Assembly: GCA_045605805.1 (NCBI GenBank)
Contig: JAZUQR010000027.1
Coordinates: 32,001 to 96,000 of the forward strand
DNA length: 64,000 nucleotides
Direction: 5' to 3'
DNA from: Alphaproteobacteria bacterium
GTDB lineage: Bacteria > Pseudomonadota > Alphaproteobacteria > CAAHEQ01 > UBA3637
Shown here: positions 51,111-62,400 of the stretch, piece by piece
How the letters are laid out: every line of letters begins with the position of its first letter
Position numbering within the stretch: the stretch's first letter is position 1
Position numbers and translations under genes: made by a program
Notes under the pieces: generated by a model
Seen by the model: the letters and a program-made list of their open reading frames with translations, nothing else
Databases searched by the model: none
Told to the model about the DNA's origin: nothing

Positions 51111-52769
51111 TTATTTCACCCTAATCACCGAACAAGAATAACCTCTTTTTCCTAATTTACGACACAGAGCATCGGCCATTTCTGCATTATCCAACGAACC
51201 AACACGCAACCGGAAAGTATCGGCCACGCCACCATTTGCCGCTGTATCCACAGAATAATATGGAACATATCCGCCAAGCAAATCAGCATTACTGGCATAA
51301 ATTTGTTCCCATAATTTTTCCAATTCACTAATTTCCGGTGAAGTTCCAAACTCAACCGAAATGGTTTCCTCCGGCACCACAGACAAATCAGAAACATCAT
51401 ATCCCACAGCAGGCACAGAAACAGGCGCACTGCCCCCAAAAACAGGCTCAGTGTTCACCACACCACAAGCTGTCGTTGAACCATTACAATAAGGATTGAT
51501 AGCACCTGCATAAGGATTCAATCCCCCTGTTTCGGTGGCATATCCTAAAGTCATCGCACCCGCATTCTGAGCCGGCACATAAGGATTTTGACCATGCAAT
51601 ACCGAACCACCCTTCACCGTCACTTCTGAATTCGGTACATCAGATGCCTGTACAGGCAATTGATTATGATACGCATAAGGCTGTTCGGCATAACCCGAAT
51701 AGTCGGTATATTCCAAACCGGCAGCCGGATCTCGTCTTAATTTAATACAAATCACCTTTTGTCCATTGCGCAATACCAAATCACCAATAGCTTCCACAAC
51801 AATCAATCGGCTGTTTGCGCCCCGAGTTCTAAACCCAACAGGAACTTCTGTTCCTTGAACAAGCAGGCTGACCACAGGCCGTTGTGTCATAGTTAAAGCC
51901 TTTGGCCCCAAATCAATATAAGTAAAGATATTATCCCGCCACACATTGTCCGGAGCAATATCCACATCATCCGGATTCGGCAAGAACATATCCAAATCAA
52001 ACTTTAATTGTTCAGGATCCATCGGAACCGTATTCCCCCATTCGCTTGCCTTATTTTGCGCAACCGAGTTGGCCTTTGTACTGACCGCAGTAGCCACACC
52101 AGAATGATTGATAGGCATAGAAGCCATTGTGGAAACCAACGATTCATTTTGCAACTGCCCCCCATTTGCAACGGGCGTCCATCTTGATCCCACTAACACA
52201 TCCACAACCGTTTGTGTAATTTTATCCGTATTAAAAGTTTCACTTCTTAAATAAAAAGCATAGCGATTACCGGAATGCCCAAACACAATCATATTACCAT
52301 CCACACCCAAAGAAGAAGGATCGGCATAAATCATCACAGAATTGGCCGACACAACCTCTCCATTAAAAGCATCAGGTGAACCAATATGCACTTTTTCAAT
52401 CAATTCCCACGAAGGCAAATTGATTAAAGTCATCATACCCTCCCGCACACGAATCGGCAAAACCGTATCTGGCGTCCAATTATACTTTGAATACCCTGGT
52501 TTAGATTGACCTGCCCCCATATGTGCCAAAGGATTATTCCACGCCTTTTGTTGCATCCCCAAAGCATGAATATAATCCAAATTCACATCATTATATTCAC
52601 CACTGGAAGCAGCAATAGCATCAGCAATTTGTTCTGATTGAGTATCTGTCGGCAAATGTACCTCAGCTTTAACAGAATTTGAAATCAGGCCCAAAATCCC
52701 TGTCAAAACTGGCAAAACTCCCCTAAAAAATACATTTTTATTCACCGGTTCCTCCTTATATCTAGACAT
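51111..52769 (-). CDS. virB9: VirB9/TrbG-family protein with C-terminal SPOR-like domain
   Basis: N-terminal hydrophobic segment; GNMIV...NRYAFYL, P..VWRD..FTYI, P.VS, LVLRNGQKVICI; tail FRLRVG....A..LC.KL..RG.SC. Confidence 0.82.
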   Translation of the reverse strand: MSRYKEEPVNKNVFFRGVLPVLTGILGLISNSVKAEVHLPTDTQSEQIADAIAASSGEYNDVNLDYIHALGMQQKAWNNPLAHMGAGQSKPGYSKYNWTPDTVLPIRVREGMMTLINLPSWELIEKVHIGSPDAFNGEVVSANSVMIYADPSSLGVDGNMIVFGHSGNRYAFYLRSETFNTDKITQTVVDVLVGSRWTPVANGGQLQNESLVSTMASMPINHSGVATAVSTKANSVAQNKASEWGNTVPMDPEQLKFDLDMFLPNPDDVDIAPDNVWRDNIFTYIDLGPKALTMTQRPVVSLLVQGTEVPVGFRTRGANSRLIVVEAIGDLVLRNGQKVICIKLRRDPAAGLEYTDYSGYAEQPYAYHNQLPVQASDVPNSEVTVKGGSVLHGQNPYVPAQNAGAMTLGYATETGGLNPYAGAINPYCNGSTTACGVVNTEPVFGGSAPVSVPAVGYDVSDLSVVPEETISVEFGTSPEISELEKLWEQIYASNADLLGGYVPYYSVDTAANGGVADTFRLRVGSLDNAEMADALCRKLGKRGYSCSVIRVK

Positions 52770-52821
52770 GCCTTTTTTTCAGCTTATCTAAAAATGAAAT
52801 GAAAGTCCAGCAAAAAAACAA

Positions 52822-53526
52822 TTATTTATCTTTTTTTTCCAGAGAAAATCTATCCACTACAAAACCAAGCGGATTTTTTAAGCGATCAGCCCATGTCAAA
52901 TTTTTACGAGTTGGACGAAAAGAAGTTTCCAAGGTAGCAACCACTTCAAGCTCTTTGGGTTCAGCAGATGTCCGATCTGTATCAGTGAACTTTAATACAG
53001 CCGTCCATCGATCCGAACCATTTCTTCCCCCAGTGTGGGTTCTGCCCAAACTTGAAATCCGAACATTTCGGATAAAGTTGTCTTCAAAGGCCAAAGTCTG
53101 CCCCGGTTTAGATTCCTTTTCCACAAAATCATCATATACAGATTGAGAACTCATCCAAAAAACAACACCGGTAGACCCCCACCGTTCCTCCAACTCTTTC
53201 AAATCAGAACCAATACCGTAACGAGCCAACAGATATTGCCGCACCAACGATTCACTCAAATCCTTGGAATCCAATGTTTCTGCATCAGGGCGTTTAATGG
53301 CAATAATTTGCTGATCTTTATTCTGAACTTCCAAATAAAAAGGTTGCACACGCAACACAGGCGTCACATTAGCCAAAGCAATCAACAGAATAAGGTCACA
53401 CACAAGGGCCAAAACCATCATCACAACAAACGCCCGAGCCATCCACAAATAACGTTCTTCCTGCAACATGGCATGTGGTTCACGAACAGCTCTTTCTTCT
53501 GATTGAATAGGTGTATTTTCGGACAT
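52822..53526 (-). CDS. virB8: VirB8-family protein (copy 2)
   Basis: Single TM, QYLLARY and C-terminal KNPLGFVV (NPxG). Confidence 0.85.
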   Translation of the reverse strand: MSENTPIQSEERAVREPHAMLQEERYLWMARAFVVMMVLALVCDLILLIALANVTPVLRVQPFYLEVQNKDQQIIAIKRPDAETLDSKDLSESLVRQYLLARYGIGSDLKELEERWGSTGVVFWMSSQSVYDDFVEKESKPGQTLAFEDNFIRNVRISSLGRTHTGGRNGSDRWTAVLKFTDTDRTSAEPKELEVVATLETSFRPTRKNLTWADRLKNPLGFVVDRFSLEKKDK

Positions 53527-53540
53527 AAAAACCCCTTATT

Positions 53541-53717
53541 TTACGAAAAATATCCCACTCCTTCAGGGGCTTTTTTCAATTCCAAACAAGCACAAGGTGA
53601 TTTTTTCAATTCAGAATACTCCATTCCAATGCCCACAGGGGCCTTTTCATAAACCGAACCACAAGCAGCCAAAACAACACCCACCAAGGCAATAACCACA
53701 TAAAAAATCTTACTCAT
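53541..53717 (-). CDS. Small lipoprotein, VirB7-like
   Basis: 58 aa with lipobox VLAAC, KSPCAC motif and AGGAGG RBS; lies between two virB8 genes. Confidence 0.7.
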   Translation of the reverse strand: MSKIFYVVIALVGVVLAACGSVYEKAPVGIGMEYSELKKSPCACLELKKAPEGVGYFS

Positions 53718-53784
53718 AAAACTTCCTCCTTTTGCCAAACATATAACTAATTTAACACAAACAAAAAAAATATCAACAAAAAAA

Positions 53785-54402
53785 TCACTTGCGTTCAGAT
53801 TCATCTACCCGAATAACCACAAAACCGTTTGGATTTGCAAAACGCTTTGCCAGCACAGCCCGAGACGGCCAATAATTAAACTCAACAACAAGTCGTTTTT
53901 GTTTTTTTTGCCACTGTAAAAAATTATCAAAGGTATATAAATCATAATCAACAGAATAATATCCAGATTCTCTTGTAACCGATAAAATATCTATGGTTTG
54001 GGGCGGCATATTGGCTATTTTTTCAAAAGAAGGATATTCTTTCAAAAAGGCCTGATAGCTGGCAGGCGAAGAAAGATAAGATAAAAGTCCATAAGCCCCC
54101 CACCTTCGTTCCATTTCTGCCACATCTGGGATACGAGTATAACGCAAGTCTAAATAATAACGCAATAACATTTCATCCGTTTGTGTGCGATTCACACCTT
54201 CCAGCGGATATATTTGCGCTAAATCCTCGTTAAAAACATTAAAAACACGATCCTTATCTTGAAAGACCTGCGCCACAACCTGTATTTGCAAAACGGCCTG
54301 AAAAACGGTCACAGTAAGGAAAAAAGTAAAAATCCACAAAACCCAACATACAAGCATAAACAAACGAGTTCTGTACCACGGACTTTGTTCCTTAAAGGAC
54401 AT
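53785..54402 (-). CDS. virB8: VirB8-family protein (copy 1)
   Basis: Single TM, YYL.LRY, ERRWG shared with copy 2, and ANPNGFVV (NPxG). Confidence 0.75.
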   Translation of the reverse strand: MSFKEQSPWYRTRLFMLVCWVLWIFTFFLTVTVFQAVLQIQVVAQVFQDKDRVFNVFNEDLAQIYPLEGVNRTQTDEMLLRYYLDLRYTRIPDVAEMERRWGAYGLLSYLSSPASYQAFLKEYPSFEKIANMPPQTIDILSVTRESGYYSVDYDLYTFDNFLQWQKKQKRLVVEFNYWPSRAVLAKRFANPNGFVVIRVDESERK

Positions 54403-54413
54403 AGCAATTCTCC

Positions 54414-55580
54414 CTACAAAGGCTTGCAAAAATCAAAATTACCTTGAAGGCTTTGTGCCTGTTGTACACTTTGATTGACCATTTTTTCCGACTCTGTTTG
54501 CAGGGCAGAAATCATCTTGCGATGCGAAGTATTTTCAGCCATTTTCTGTTCTACCTCAAAAGCATTGGTTTCGGTCAAGAAAACAATACCGTTTTCATCT
54601 TTTTCCATCGCATCAATCAACACTTGTTGTCGTGCCTGTGGCGAATACTGGTCAAAACGCTGCATTTCGGCAAAAGCCTCAGGGAATTGAGATTCAACTG
54701 CTGACAACACCTGTTGTTTGGTTTTGGAACGGGTATTGCGACGAGCCGCAGCCTTTGGATACTTTTGATCTTGCAAATTTAATTTTTCAACATACGCCTT
54801 TGCCTCTTCCAAATAGACAGATTTTAGGCTCTGTAAAGATTTGCGCACTTGACGCACCTCTGACACCTTTTTGGGATCAAACGCAGGCATCTGAATACCC
54901 ACCTTGGATAATTTAGCCACAAAATCAGAAATCATTTTTTTATAAGTTTTTTCAAAATCTGATTGCGCTATCCCCATATTGTGTTTTGAATCATCTGCCA
55001 GAACAAGTTCTTCCAAACCAAAACCAACGAGATTTTCTTTAAGATCTTCCGGTACCTTCCGCTTTTTCTTATCAACAGGTTCCGCCCCCCATTTTTTGTT
55101 ATTTTCAAGGGTGTCTGTAATCAAAGCAACCTCAATATTCTTTTTGCGTTCCAACAAAGATTGGCGATCCAATGCAGAAGCGGGAAAAATGCTGTCAGGC
55201 GCATAAACCCTGTTGGATTGCATATTTTTGGTCTGTTCTTTATAAGCCGCACTAACCTTTTTCAAAACCTCTGATGCATTCTTAAACCGACCAAAGCGTT
55301 TTTCATTACATTCAAAAATCTCATCAAAATAGCTTTGAGCCTCTTTAACATTTTTCAACAGCTGATCATGTTGTTCGGCAAGCGTTTGCAAATCCGGCAA
55401 TTGAGTCATCAAATTATGCACATCCAAAGCCTTGTATAACGAGTCATTATGCTCAGGCAGAACCTTGGTTAAAGTCCGTGTTTCAATTTTAATCACAGGA
55501 GGAGCCCCAAAGCGAAGTGCCTCAGCACTGGTGCTAATCAAAACAAAAGAACAAACACAAATCAATAAAGTCTTTTTCAT
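54414..55580 (-). CDS. Exported coiled-coil hypothetical protein in the T4SS cluster
   Basis: Signal peptide (..SAEA), helical, 388 aa. Confidence 0.7.
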   Translation of the reverse strand: MKKTLLICVCSFVLISTSAEALRFGAPPVIKIETRTLTKVLPEHNDSLYKALDVHNLMTQLPDLQTLAEQHDQLLKNVKEAQSYFDEIFECNEKRFGRFKNASEVLKKVSAAYKEQTKNMQSNRVYAPDSIFPASALDRQSLLERKKNIEVALITDTLENNKKWGAEPVDKKKRKVPEDLKENLVGFGLEELVLADDSKHNMGIAQSDFEKTYKKMISDFVAKLSKVGIQMPAFDPKKVSEVRQVRKSLQSLKSVYLEEAKAYVEKLNLQDQKYPKAAARRNTRSKTKQQVLSAVESQFPEAFAEMQRFDQYSPQARQQVLIDAMEKDENGIVFLTETNAFEVEQKMAENTSHRKMISALQTESEKMVNQSVQQAQSLQGNFDFCKPL

Positions 55581-55583
55581 TTT

Positions 55584-56642
55584 TTATTGCCCTCCTCCTG
55601 CAGAAAATTCAGGTCTGTTATCATTTCCAACAATTTCAAGTTCTTTTTTCAATGGCTTGAAATCAAGTTCCAAAGTTTCGGCCCGCACTTTTGTTCTGAC
55701 GGCTAAAACATTCATTTTCAAAAGCATTAAAGAATCATATAAAGCCCGTCTGGTTGCCAAAGTGTTCAACGCTTGGTTTTTGGAATTATATTGTGCCTGT
55801 ATCTTGGCATCCATCTCTGCCAAAGAAGATAACTGACGTTTCAATTCCATTGCCGAAGCCATAGCCTTAATACTGCGCTGTTGCGCCCGATAACGAATTG
55901 CCCGTTGTTCTTTGGCCACATTTTGTAAAGAACGTTGATCTTCCAAAAGTTCATTTCTGCGATATTCCATCAATTCACGAGGCGAAGCAGACGAAGCATC
56001 CTGCAAGTTTTGATACATATCTTTATCAAAAGACACTGCCTGCAAACGAGTTGGATCAATACCCAATTTATCCATAATCGCCACAATCAAATTTCTATCA
56101 GCCGGCCCAATCCATTTATCAGTCACATGGCCTTGAACCCCCGCAAAATCGGCCGTGATTTTGGTTGAATCACGCATAAACTGGTTCACCGCCGCATGTC
56201 CCAATTGAGAAACGCCAGATAACCCATCCAAAGTAATGCCCAACCCAACCCACGCAGATTCAGCATGAATAGGTGCTTGCGCTGTAGTTGTAAGGGTCTG
56301 ACTCATTTTCCAAGAAGGAAGATACTGTTTCAGCTGTTGAATCGGCCAGCCCACTGCCATACCAGTTAATGGTGTAGACAGTGCCATATCCACCATAGCC
56401 GCTGAATCACCAGCATCGCTAGAATAATCTGCACCACCAGCCGTATGTTCCACTGGAGTGGCTTCAGGATTTGATTCAGGTAAATCCTTTGAAGTATCAA
56501 AGGCCTGCGCTCGTGAAGTATCCGCTAGTGATTCTCTAGTTTCTCTACCCACTAGGAATTCTGTAATTCCAGCAGTCACCGGCATCACCAAAACACCGTT
56601 TAGCAAAGAAATCGCACAAACACCTAATAATAATTTTTTCAT
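55584..56642 (-). CDS. Exported protein with VirB5-like helical C-terminus
   Basis: Signal peptide; C-terminal ~100 aa share a pattern with neighbours. Confidence 0.6.
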   Translation of the reverse strand: MKKLLLGVCAISLLNGVLVMPVTAGITEFLVGRETRESLADTSRAQAFDTSKDLPESNPEATPVEHTAGGADYSSDAGDSAAMVDMALSTPLTGMAVGWPIQQLKQYLPSWKMSQTLTTTAQAPIHAESAWVGLGITLDGLSGVSQLGHAAVNQFMRDSTKITADFAGVQGHVTDKWIGPADRNLIVAIMDKLGIDPTRLQAVSFDKDMYQNLQDASSASPRELMEYRRNELLEDQRSLQNVAKEQRAIRYRAQQRSIKAMASAMELKRQLSSLAEMDAKIQAQYNSKNQALNTLATRRALYDSLMLLKMNVLAVRTKVRAETLELDFKPLKKELEIVGNDNRPEFSAGGGQ

Positions 56643-57487
56643 GCACCTTCTCCTTCTTCATCATCGGCCACATCACCTGCACCTGCCTCACCTGCACCGG
56701 CATTATCGGCCTCATCTGTTGCCGCCACATCTTCTTCTGTCATCAACAAAATGGGTTGAACACTTAAAAACTTGGCCGCATCCAGTTCCATCAATTGTAT
56801 CTGCATCACAATATCCGCCATCAAGGCCCGATTGATTGCCTTCCATGTCTGGTCCGTTCCGGAAGTCGCCCCAATAGAGCCATCCCCGTTGATATCAGAA
56901 GAAACCACATTCATATCCTCAATCAACTTTTCTTGAACGGTATAAGCCGTTTTAACATATTCCTTGGCAATTTTGGTTAAATATTTTTCTCGTTCTTTAC
57001 GAATAGCCTCCTGTTTTTCTTCTGTGGCATCGGCATTATTTTCCAAAAAGAACATCTCCTTCACAACTTGCTCCATATCGGCCGAATCAGTCAGTTTTTT
57101 ATTCAAAGGCGAATAAGGCGTTTTAATTTTATCGGTTAAATAGGTATTATGTAAATAGGTATAAGTATCCAAGGGCATAGTGCCGGAATCTGGTTTGCCT
57201 GTCCCTGGTTCAGACACATACGAAGTGGTACCATCCACCAAAGCCCCAACATCGGCCTGTGTCACATTTAACCTCGCCCCCATTTCGGGCTCTTCCCCCA
57301 AGGCCAGCAAATTTAGAAGAGCCGATCCCGTGTTACGCACAGAGTCAGTAATTGATACAGGATCTGATACTTTGTCAGGCACCACCTTCATCGTCTTAGG
57401 AGGAAGGTCCGCCCCCCACACATCCGAAACATATACGGAAGATAAACATCCCAAAGCAATCAAAAAACGAAACATAAAACTTTTCAT
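56639..57487 (-). CDS. Exported protein with VirB5-like helical C-terminus
   Basis: Signal peptide (..DVWG); TEEKQEAIRKER..A..QLMELDAAKFL. Confidence 0.6.
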   Translation of the reverse strand: MKSFMFRFLIALGCLSSVYVSDVWGADLPPKTMKVVPDKVSDPVSITDSVRNTGSALLNLLALGEEPEMGARLNVTQADVGALVDGTTSYVSEPGTGKPDSGTMPLDTYTYLHNTYLTDKIKTPYSPLNKKLTDSADMEQVVKEMFFLENNADATEEKQEAIRKEREKYLTKIAKEYVKTAYTVQEKLIEDMNVVSSDINGDGSIGATSGTDQTWKAINRALMADIVMQIQLMELDAAKFLSVQPILLMTEEDVAATDEADNAGAGEAGAGDVADDEEGEGA

Positions 57488-58344
57488 TCTGTATCCTCCT
57501 TCAATTCAGAAACATCCACACGATCAATACCGCTGAAAATGATATTTCGATACGATTGCGCCCGTAAATCATCGGCATATAAAAATAACATATCCACCGC
57601 AGCCGAAGAAGCATAAACCGATAAATCGCCCAAACCGGCTCCAACGAATTCCGCCAAAGTCTCTTTGGCAGCCACACTGTTCACCAATTTTTCCAAATTA
57701 TCATAATTGGCATCCACATCCTGTAAATAAGAATCCGCCATACTGGATGCGGCCGTGGATGAAGCCACCAAAACCTCGTTTTGCCGTGCCTGAGCACATT
57801 CAGAAGGTTCACACTCTTCACCGGTTCCCACCGAACAGACGCAATCTTGGTTCACAGCCAAATCATCCGATACAAACATATACGAAGCCACATTCTCACG
57901 CACCCGATCAAAAGTATCGCCTTTTTTACCCATTTTATCCTTGGCATCTTCCCCCAAAACCAAAGTACCATCTTCTTCACTTTGTGTAATAATGGCAATT
58001 GTGCTGTCTGGGATAGACATAGCCAATTCTTCTGCCTTCATAATTTCTTCTTGTGCAGATTCGGGCGTTTTGGTATCACATCCTGAATTGCCGGTTGCCG
58101 ACACGCCACAATGGCCTTGCTCACGATACATCCCAATGTTTGTTTGCAACTTTTCTAACCCATTTGTCACATCATAATGAATTGTTTCCTGCTTACGATT
58201 CCATTCCCGTGCCATATAACCAAACGTCGTTTCCATAGCAGTCTGATAAAGACAACCAATAGATGGACACCAACTGGCTGCATAACAAGGGGCAGCACCA
58301 AGCAACCCTATACATCCCACCGAAACAAATAAAAGTTTTCTCAT
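57484..58344 (-). CDS. Exported Cys-containing protein with VirB5-like helical C-terminus
   Basis: Signal peptide MRKLLF..CYA; ARQNEVL..A.S.A..LEKLV. Confidence 0.6.
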   Translation of the reverse strand: MRKLLFVSVGCIGLLGAAPCYAASWCPSIGCLYQTAMETTFGYMAREWNRKQETIHYDVTNGLEKLQTNIGMYREQGHCGVSATGNSGCDTKTPESAQEEIMKAEELAMSIPDSTIAIITQSEEDGTLVLGEDAKDKMGKKGDTFDRVRENVASYMFVSDDLAVNQDCVCSVGTGEECEPSECAQARQNEVLVASSTAASSMADSYLQDVDANYDNLEKLVNSVAAKETLAEFVGAGLGDLSVYASSAAVDMLFLYADDLRAQSYRNIIFSGIDRVDVSELKEDTE

Positions 58345-58360
58345 AATCGTTCCCCCTTTG

Positions 58361-59467
58361 TTATTCAACCATCTGCAACGCACTGGCCGCTTCATTGGCC
58401 ACCTGTTGACCTTGCACCATATTCAACAAGTTCAATCGTTGAGCCAAAGTTAAATCCAAGCTCACCAAAACTTTTGTGTTGGCCACAACACTGCCCCCGC
58501 CCGATCCGATATAAGTAGAAAGGCGGTCAAATTGTGCTTTTTCCGAAGCCGCAAGACTGGAAGCCAAATCAGCCCGAGCCACACCAGCCGTCCCCACCAT
58601 TTGAATGTGTGCTTTTCGTCTGAAATCAGCCTTGCGCTTTTCCTCCTCAGTCATTTGATCAGAAGGGTCACTGCTGTTGAAGGAACCACCAAAAACCGAG
58701 TAATCTGAAAAAGCGGATTGCATAGAAGACCCAAAGTCTGTGATATAACCACTCCAAACAACAGAAGAATTAGATGTTTTATTGGTATCCGTGGTTATCT
58801 CTTGTAATTCGGCAGTTTTTGTGCCAAAACCCGCCTGAATCACCGGATTAGCCCCAATCAACTCTTCGGCTTGTGTTAAAGGGCTTTCGGCCACATCTTC
58901 CAAAGCCTCTAAGCCCACATTTTTCAAAGTGGAAACATGCACTTCGGTTTCATCCAAAGTTGCACTGACCATATTACAGAAAAAACCGCCTGTACCACCC
59001 GATTCTTTAATTTTTTCACATTCGGATTCAATACTGCCCAAACTACCAATATGACGAATCTGAGACTGTAATTCCGGAATATCTTTACTCCATTGGGCCT
59101 CTTTCGTGCGGGCATCATTTAATTGCACAATATCCAAAGATGCCCCCGCCACATCCCAATTCAATCCAAAAGTATCTGAACCAGTAAATACATAAGGAGT
59201 AGGCTCTCCTTCAGGAGTCACAACAACTCCAGGCTTCGATATAGAAAAGTGTGCCTGCACGAAAGAAGTCACACCAGTAATGAAACCCCAGGCCGCCAAT
59301 CCTTGACTTAATGCCTTTTGTGCTTTGGCCGTACCAGAAGAAACTTGGTTGGTTGCCAAACCACCTTGTTGCCACACCTCACCTTCTTCGGCCACGGCCA
59401 CCATCACACCGCCCGACACGCCACACAACAGCAATGCTGACATCAAAAGTTTTTTACTGAATTTCAT
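58361..59467 (-). CDS. Exported protein with VirB5-like helical C-terminus
   Basis: Signal peptide (..AVA); TEEE..RR..A.A..NTKVL..QQVANEAASALQ. Confidence 0.6.
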   Translation of the reverse strand: MKFSKKLLMSALLLCGVSGGVMVAVAEEGEVWQQGGLATNQVSSGTAKAQKALSQGLAAWGFITGVTSFVQAHFSISKPGVVVTPEGEPTPYVFTGSDTFGLNWDVAGASLDIVQLNDARTKEAQWSKDIPELQSQIRHIGSLGSIESECEKIKESGGTGGFFCNMVSATLDETEVHVSTLKNVGLEALEDVAESPLTQAEELIGANPVIQAGFGTKTAELQEITTDTNKTSNSSVVWSGYITDFGSSMQSAFSDYSVFGGSFNSSDPSDQMTEEEKRKADFRRKAHIQMVGTAGVARADLASSLAASEKAQFDRLSTYIGSGGGSVVANTKVLVSLDLTLAQRLNLLNMVQGQQVANEAASALQMVE

Positions 59468-62400
59468 TATCAACCTCCCGTTCATTCAACAACCGAGCCG
59501 CTTGCACACCCATTTGGGCCGAAGACAAAGCCACAGCACGCAAACTTTCAAGCAAGACATAGCGCCCCACATCCTGAGTCAAGCCAAACGCCCCCGCTTC
59601 ATTTTGCACACCTTCCGAGAAAGAAATCAACACATTGGCCCGATCAGCAAACTTGTTGGACACAGCGTTCATTCCTTCGGAAATCTGCACCGCCGCATTT
59701 ACATATTGTTTCAAAAGCATTTGGCGTTTTGCCTGAATCAAAGCCACCTGTTCATCGGTCAGATATTTCTTTTCATCCTCTGGTTTTTCCTCTTTTTCTT
59801 CTTCTGGCACTTCCAAAGAGGCAGAAGTCCCCGCTTGTGAGCCAGCACCAGCCAGTGTACCGGTTTGAACCACCGTTTTTGCTTCTTCTTCTTCAAAAGT
59901 TTCATCCAAAAGTTTCAAATCCACATTGGCGTTCTTTAACAATTCGGCCACAACCATTGCCGACCCCGACACAGTGCTGGGCATAGAAGCATCCACATCC
60001 ACATCCGACAAAGCCGTGTCATCCACAGTCCCCACAGCGGCACCAATCTCACCGGCCAAAACGTTCACATCCTTCCGCAAAGCAAGCTCTGTTTCCGTCA
60101 CGAACGGTGTCATAGCCACCGTACCAATCCGCACCAGATCCTGTAAATCAACCTCCCGTGGGGTTTCTGCGCCTTGTTGAACTTGATTCACCTCTGCCTC
60201 TTTGGCATCAGCTTCCGCTTTCGTCCCCTCAACAGTGGCAATTTTGTTATTAAGTTCCTCGAACTCATCGGAAGAAATCGTTTTATTATTCAAAGCATCA
60301 TACGCCAACGATCTGGCAGTCTCAAAGTCACTGCTGTTTATCGCATCAGCAAACTGATTGCTCCGAACTGTGTCATTCCTAAAGAAGTTTTCAGCAGTCG
60401 ATAAAGCAGCGCTCTTTGCTATTGTATAGTTCTTCTTCGCAGCAGTCACTATGGAATCCAGTTCAGTTATAGTAGCATTATACTTATCTATATCACCCTT
60501 TCCATCTTCTTTGGCTTTTCCTAACGCTTTCTGCGCTTCACCAAGTTCCTCTCGCGCTTTTTGAATTTCTTTCTGTGTTCCTTTCGTCACAATTAGTTTT
60601 TTCACCTTAGCCTGCGCCTCATCCACTTTTACCTGTGCCGCATCAATAGCATATTGTCTATACCTATACTGATTCGTATTTTGCGCATGGTCTTGCAACA
60701 AGCTTTGATAGCCTTTTCCGCCATTAACACTAGATAGCTGATTTATATAGTTCATAATATCAGCCCCAAAATCGTCTTCTTTTCCAGAAAAACGAATTTG
60801 CTGATTCGCTGAATCAAAAGTAATGCCATACAGATTCTTCAATGTTGCTGCTTGTTCACTTGTCATGGTATAACCATTATCCGACCAACCAAGATCCTCC
60901 CCACCCAATAAATTGCCTATCGCACTTGCGTTGTCGTGGTTCAAATCGGAATACAAAACCGCATCACCGGCCCCCATATCTGCTGCGTCCGTCAATATTT
61001 GGTTGGAGCGATTCACAATAGCATCAGAGTTTTTCTTAACTTCCTCATATGATATTTCTTCAACATTACCTTCGGCGTCAAGTTTTACGCCAGAGTCATT
61101 TTTCTCGTCGCCATCTTGGGCTTCTGCCCCTGCCTTTGCGCCACCTTCTTTGTCTTGATTTATGCTAGCCGTTACCTTTTTTTCCTCCTTTGGGTCCTCC
61201 GCTTTGGCTATATTTTTAGTTTTGGTCCCGGCCGAATCTGCATTAGCAAATTGTGTTGCTTCGGCCTTTTTGTCCGTCGTCTCATCAATCACTTCCCCTT
61301 CAGATTGAGCCGTCACTGCCTCTGGTGTGGCAACCGCGTTAATTTTTAAGCTTGATGAATCCCCGTCTTTAGTAGGGGGGACACCGCCTTGTTGAGCAGG
61401 GGGCTCATCCCCTTTCCCATCCACCTTTAGCGTTGCTACACCATTTTTGGCTTCTACTTTTGCGTTAACTCCTACAGAGCCATCCTCAGACGTTGTCTTA
61501 GCCTTCACCTGATTCTCGTTCAGCGAAGCACCAGTCCCTGTTTCAGTCCTCTTGGCTCCCACACGACTTTCTCCTGTTTCGTACCGACCAGTAGTTTGTC
61601 CATCCTTAGTCTGGGCCACATAACTACCATTGGTAAATTCTACAACAGACGAACCATCGGAAAAAACACTAACGCTTTTAACATCGTTCAAATGACTTCC
61701 ATCACCCATGATTGCCGACACGTCTGCCTGTTGTACCAAATCTTTATGCCAGAAACTTCCCGAATCCCATTTGTTCTTGCTCTCATCCCAGGTGTATGAA
61801 CGCCCATCAACGGTGATAGTCTTACTGTCGCCAGCCGTAAAGACCTCATAAACACCCCCATTTACCACAACATACTTACCCTTTGGTACTGGAGGAAGGG
61901 TTGCTGCAGATGTTTGCGAGGATGAAATAGTTGGTATTGTTCCGTCTTGTATAATCGTCTCATTCCGGGCATTGGTTTCCAACGTCACGGTCTTGTTTTG
62001 ATTGCTCAGACCTTGCTTAGCACCATCAGCAGTCACTGTCTGCCCTGTTTTAGATGTCTTTCCATTATTCGTATTGGTAGAAGTCTGTGTAACCTCATTA
62101 GCAGTAATATCCTGATTCTGTTCGCTGGAACTACCATTGCGATTATTCAGGTTCTGACTAGTCTTCACATTGTCCAGTGTCTGATTAAAAGAGCCACCTC
62201 CCTTTCCTGCTGCTGATTCCACCCTCCACGTACCTGACACTTCTTTCTCCCCTGGCCTCAAGGTCACAGAAGCATTCGCCTTCCCATCATTGGCCTTTGC
62301 AGTCAGACTATTGTCTCCCATATAGGCCGAAGCCGTTGCATTAGAATCAGCACTTATACGATTCTCCATACCAACTTTTATTTCATTTCCGCTTTTATCC

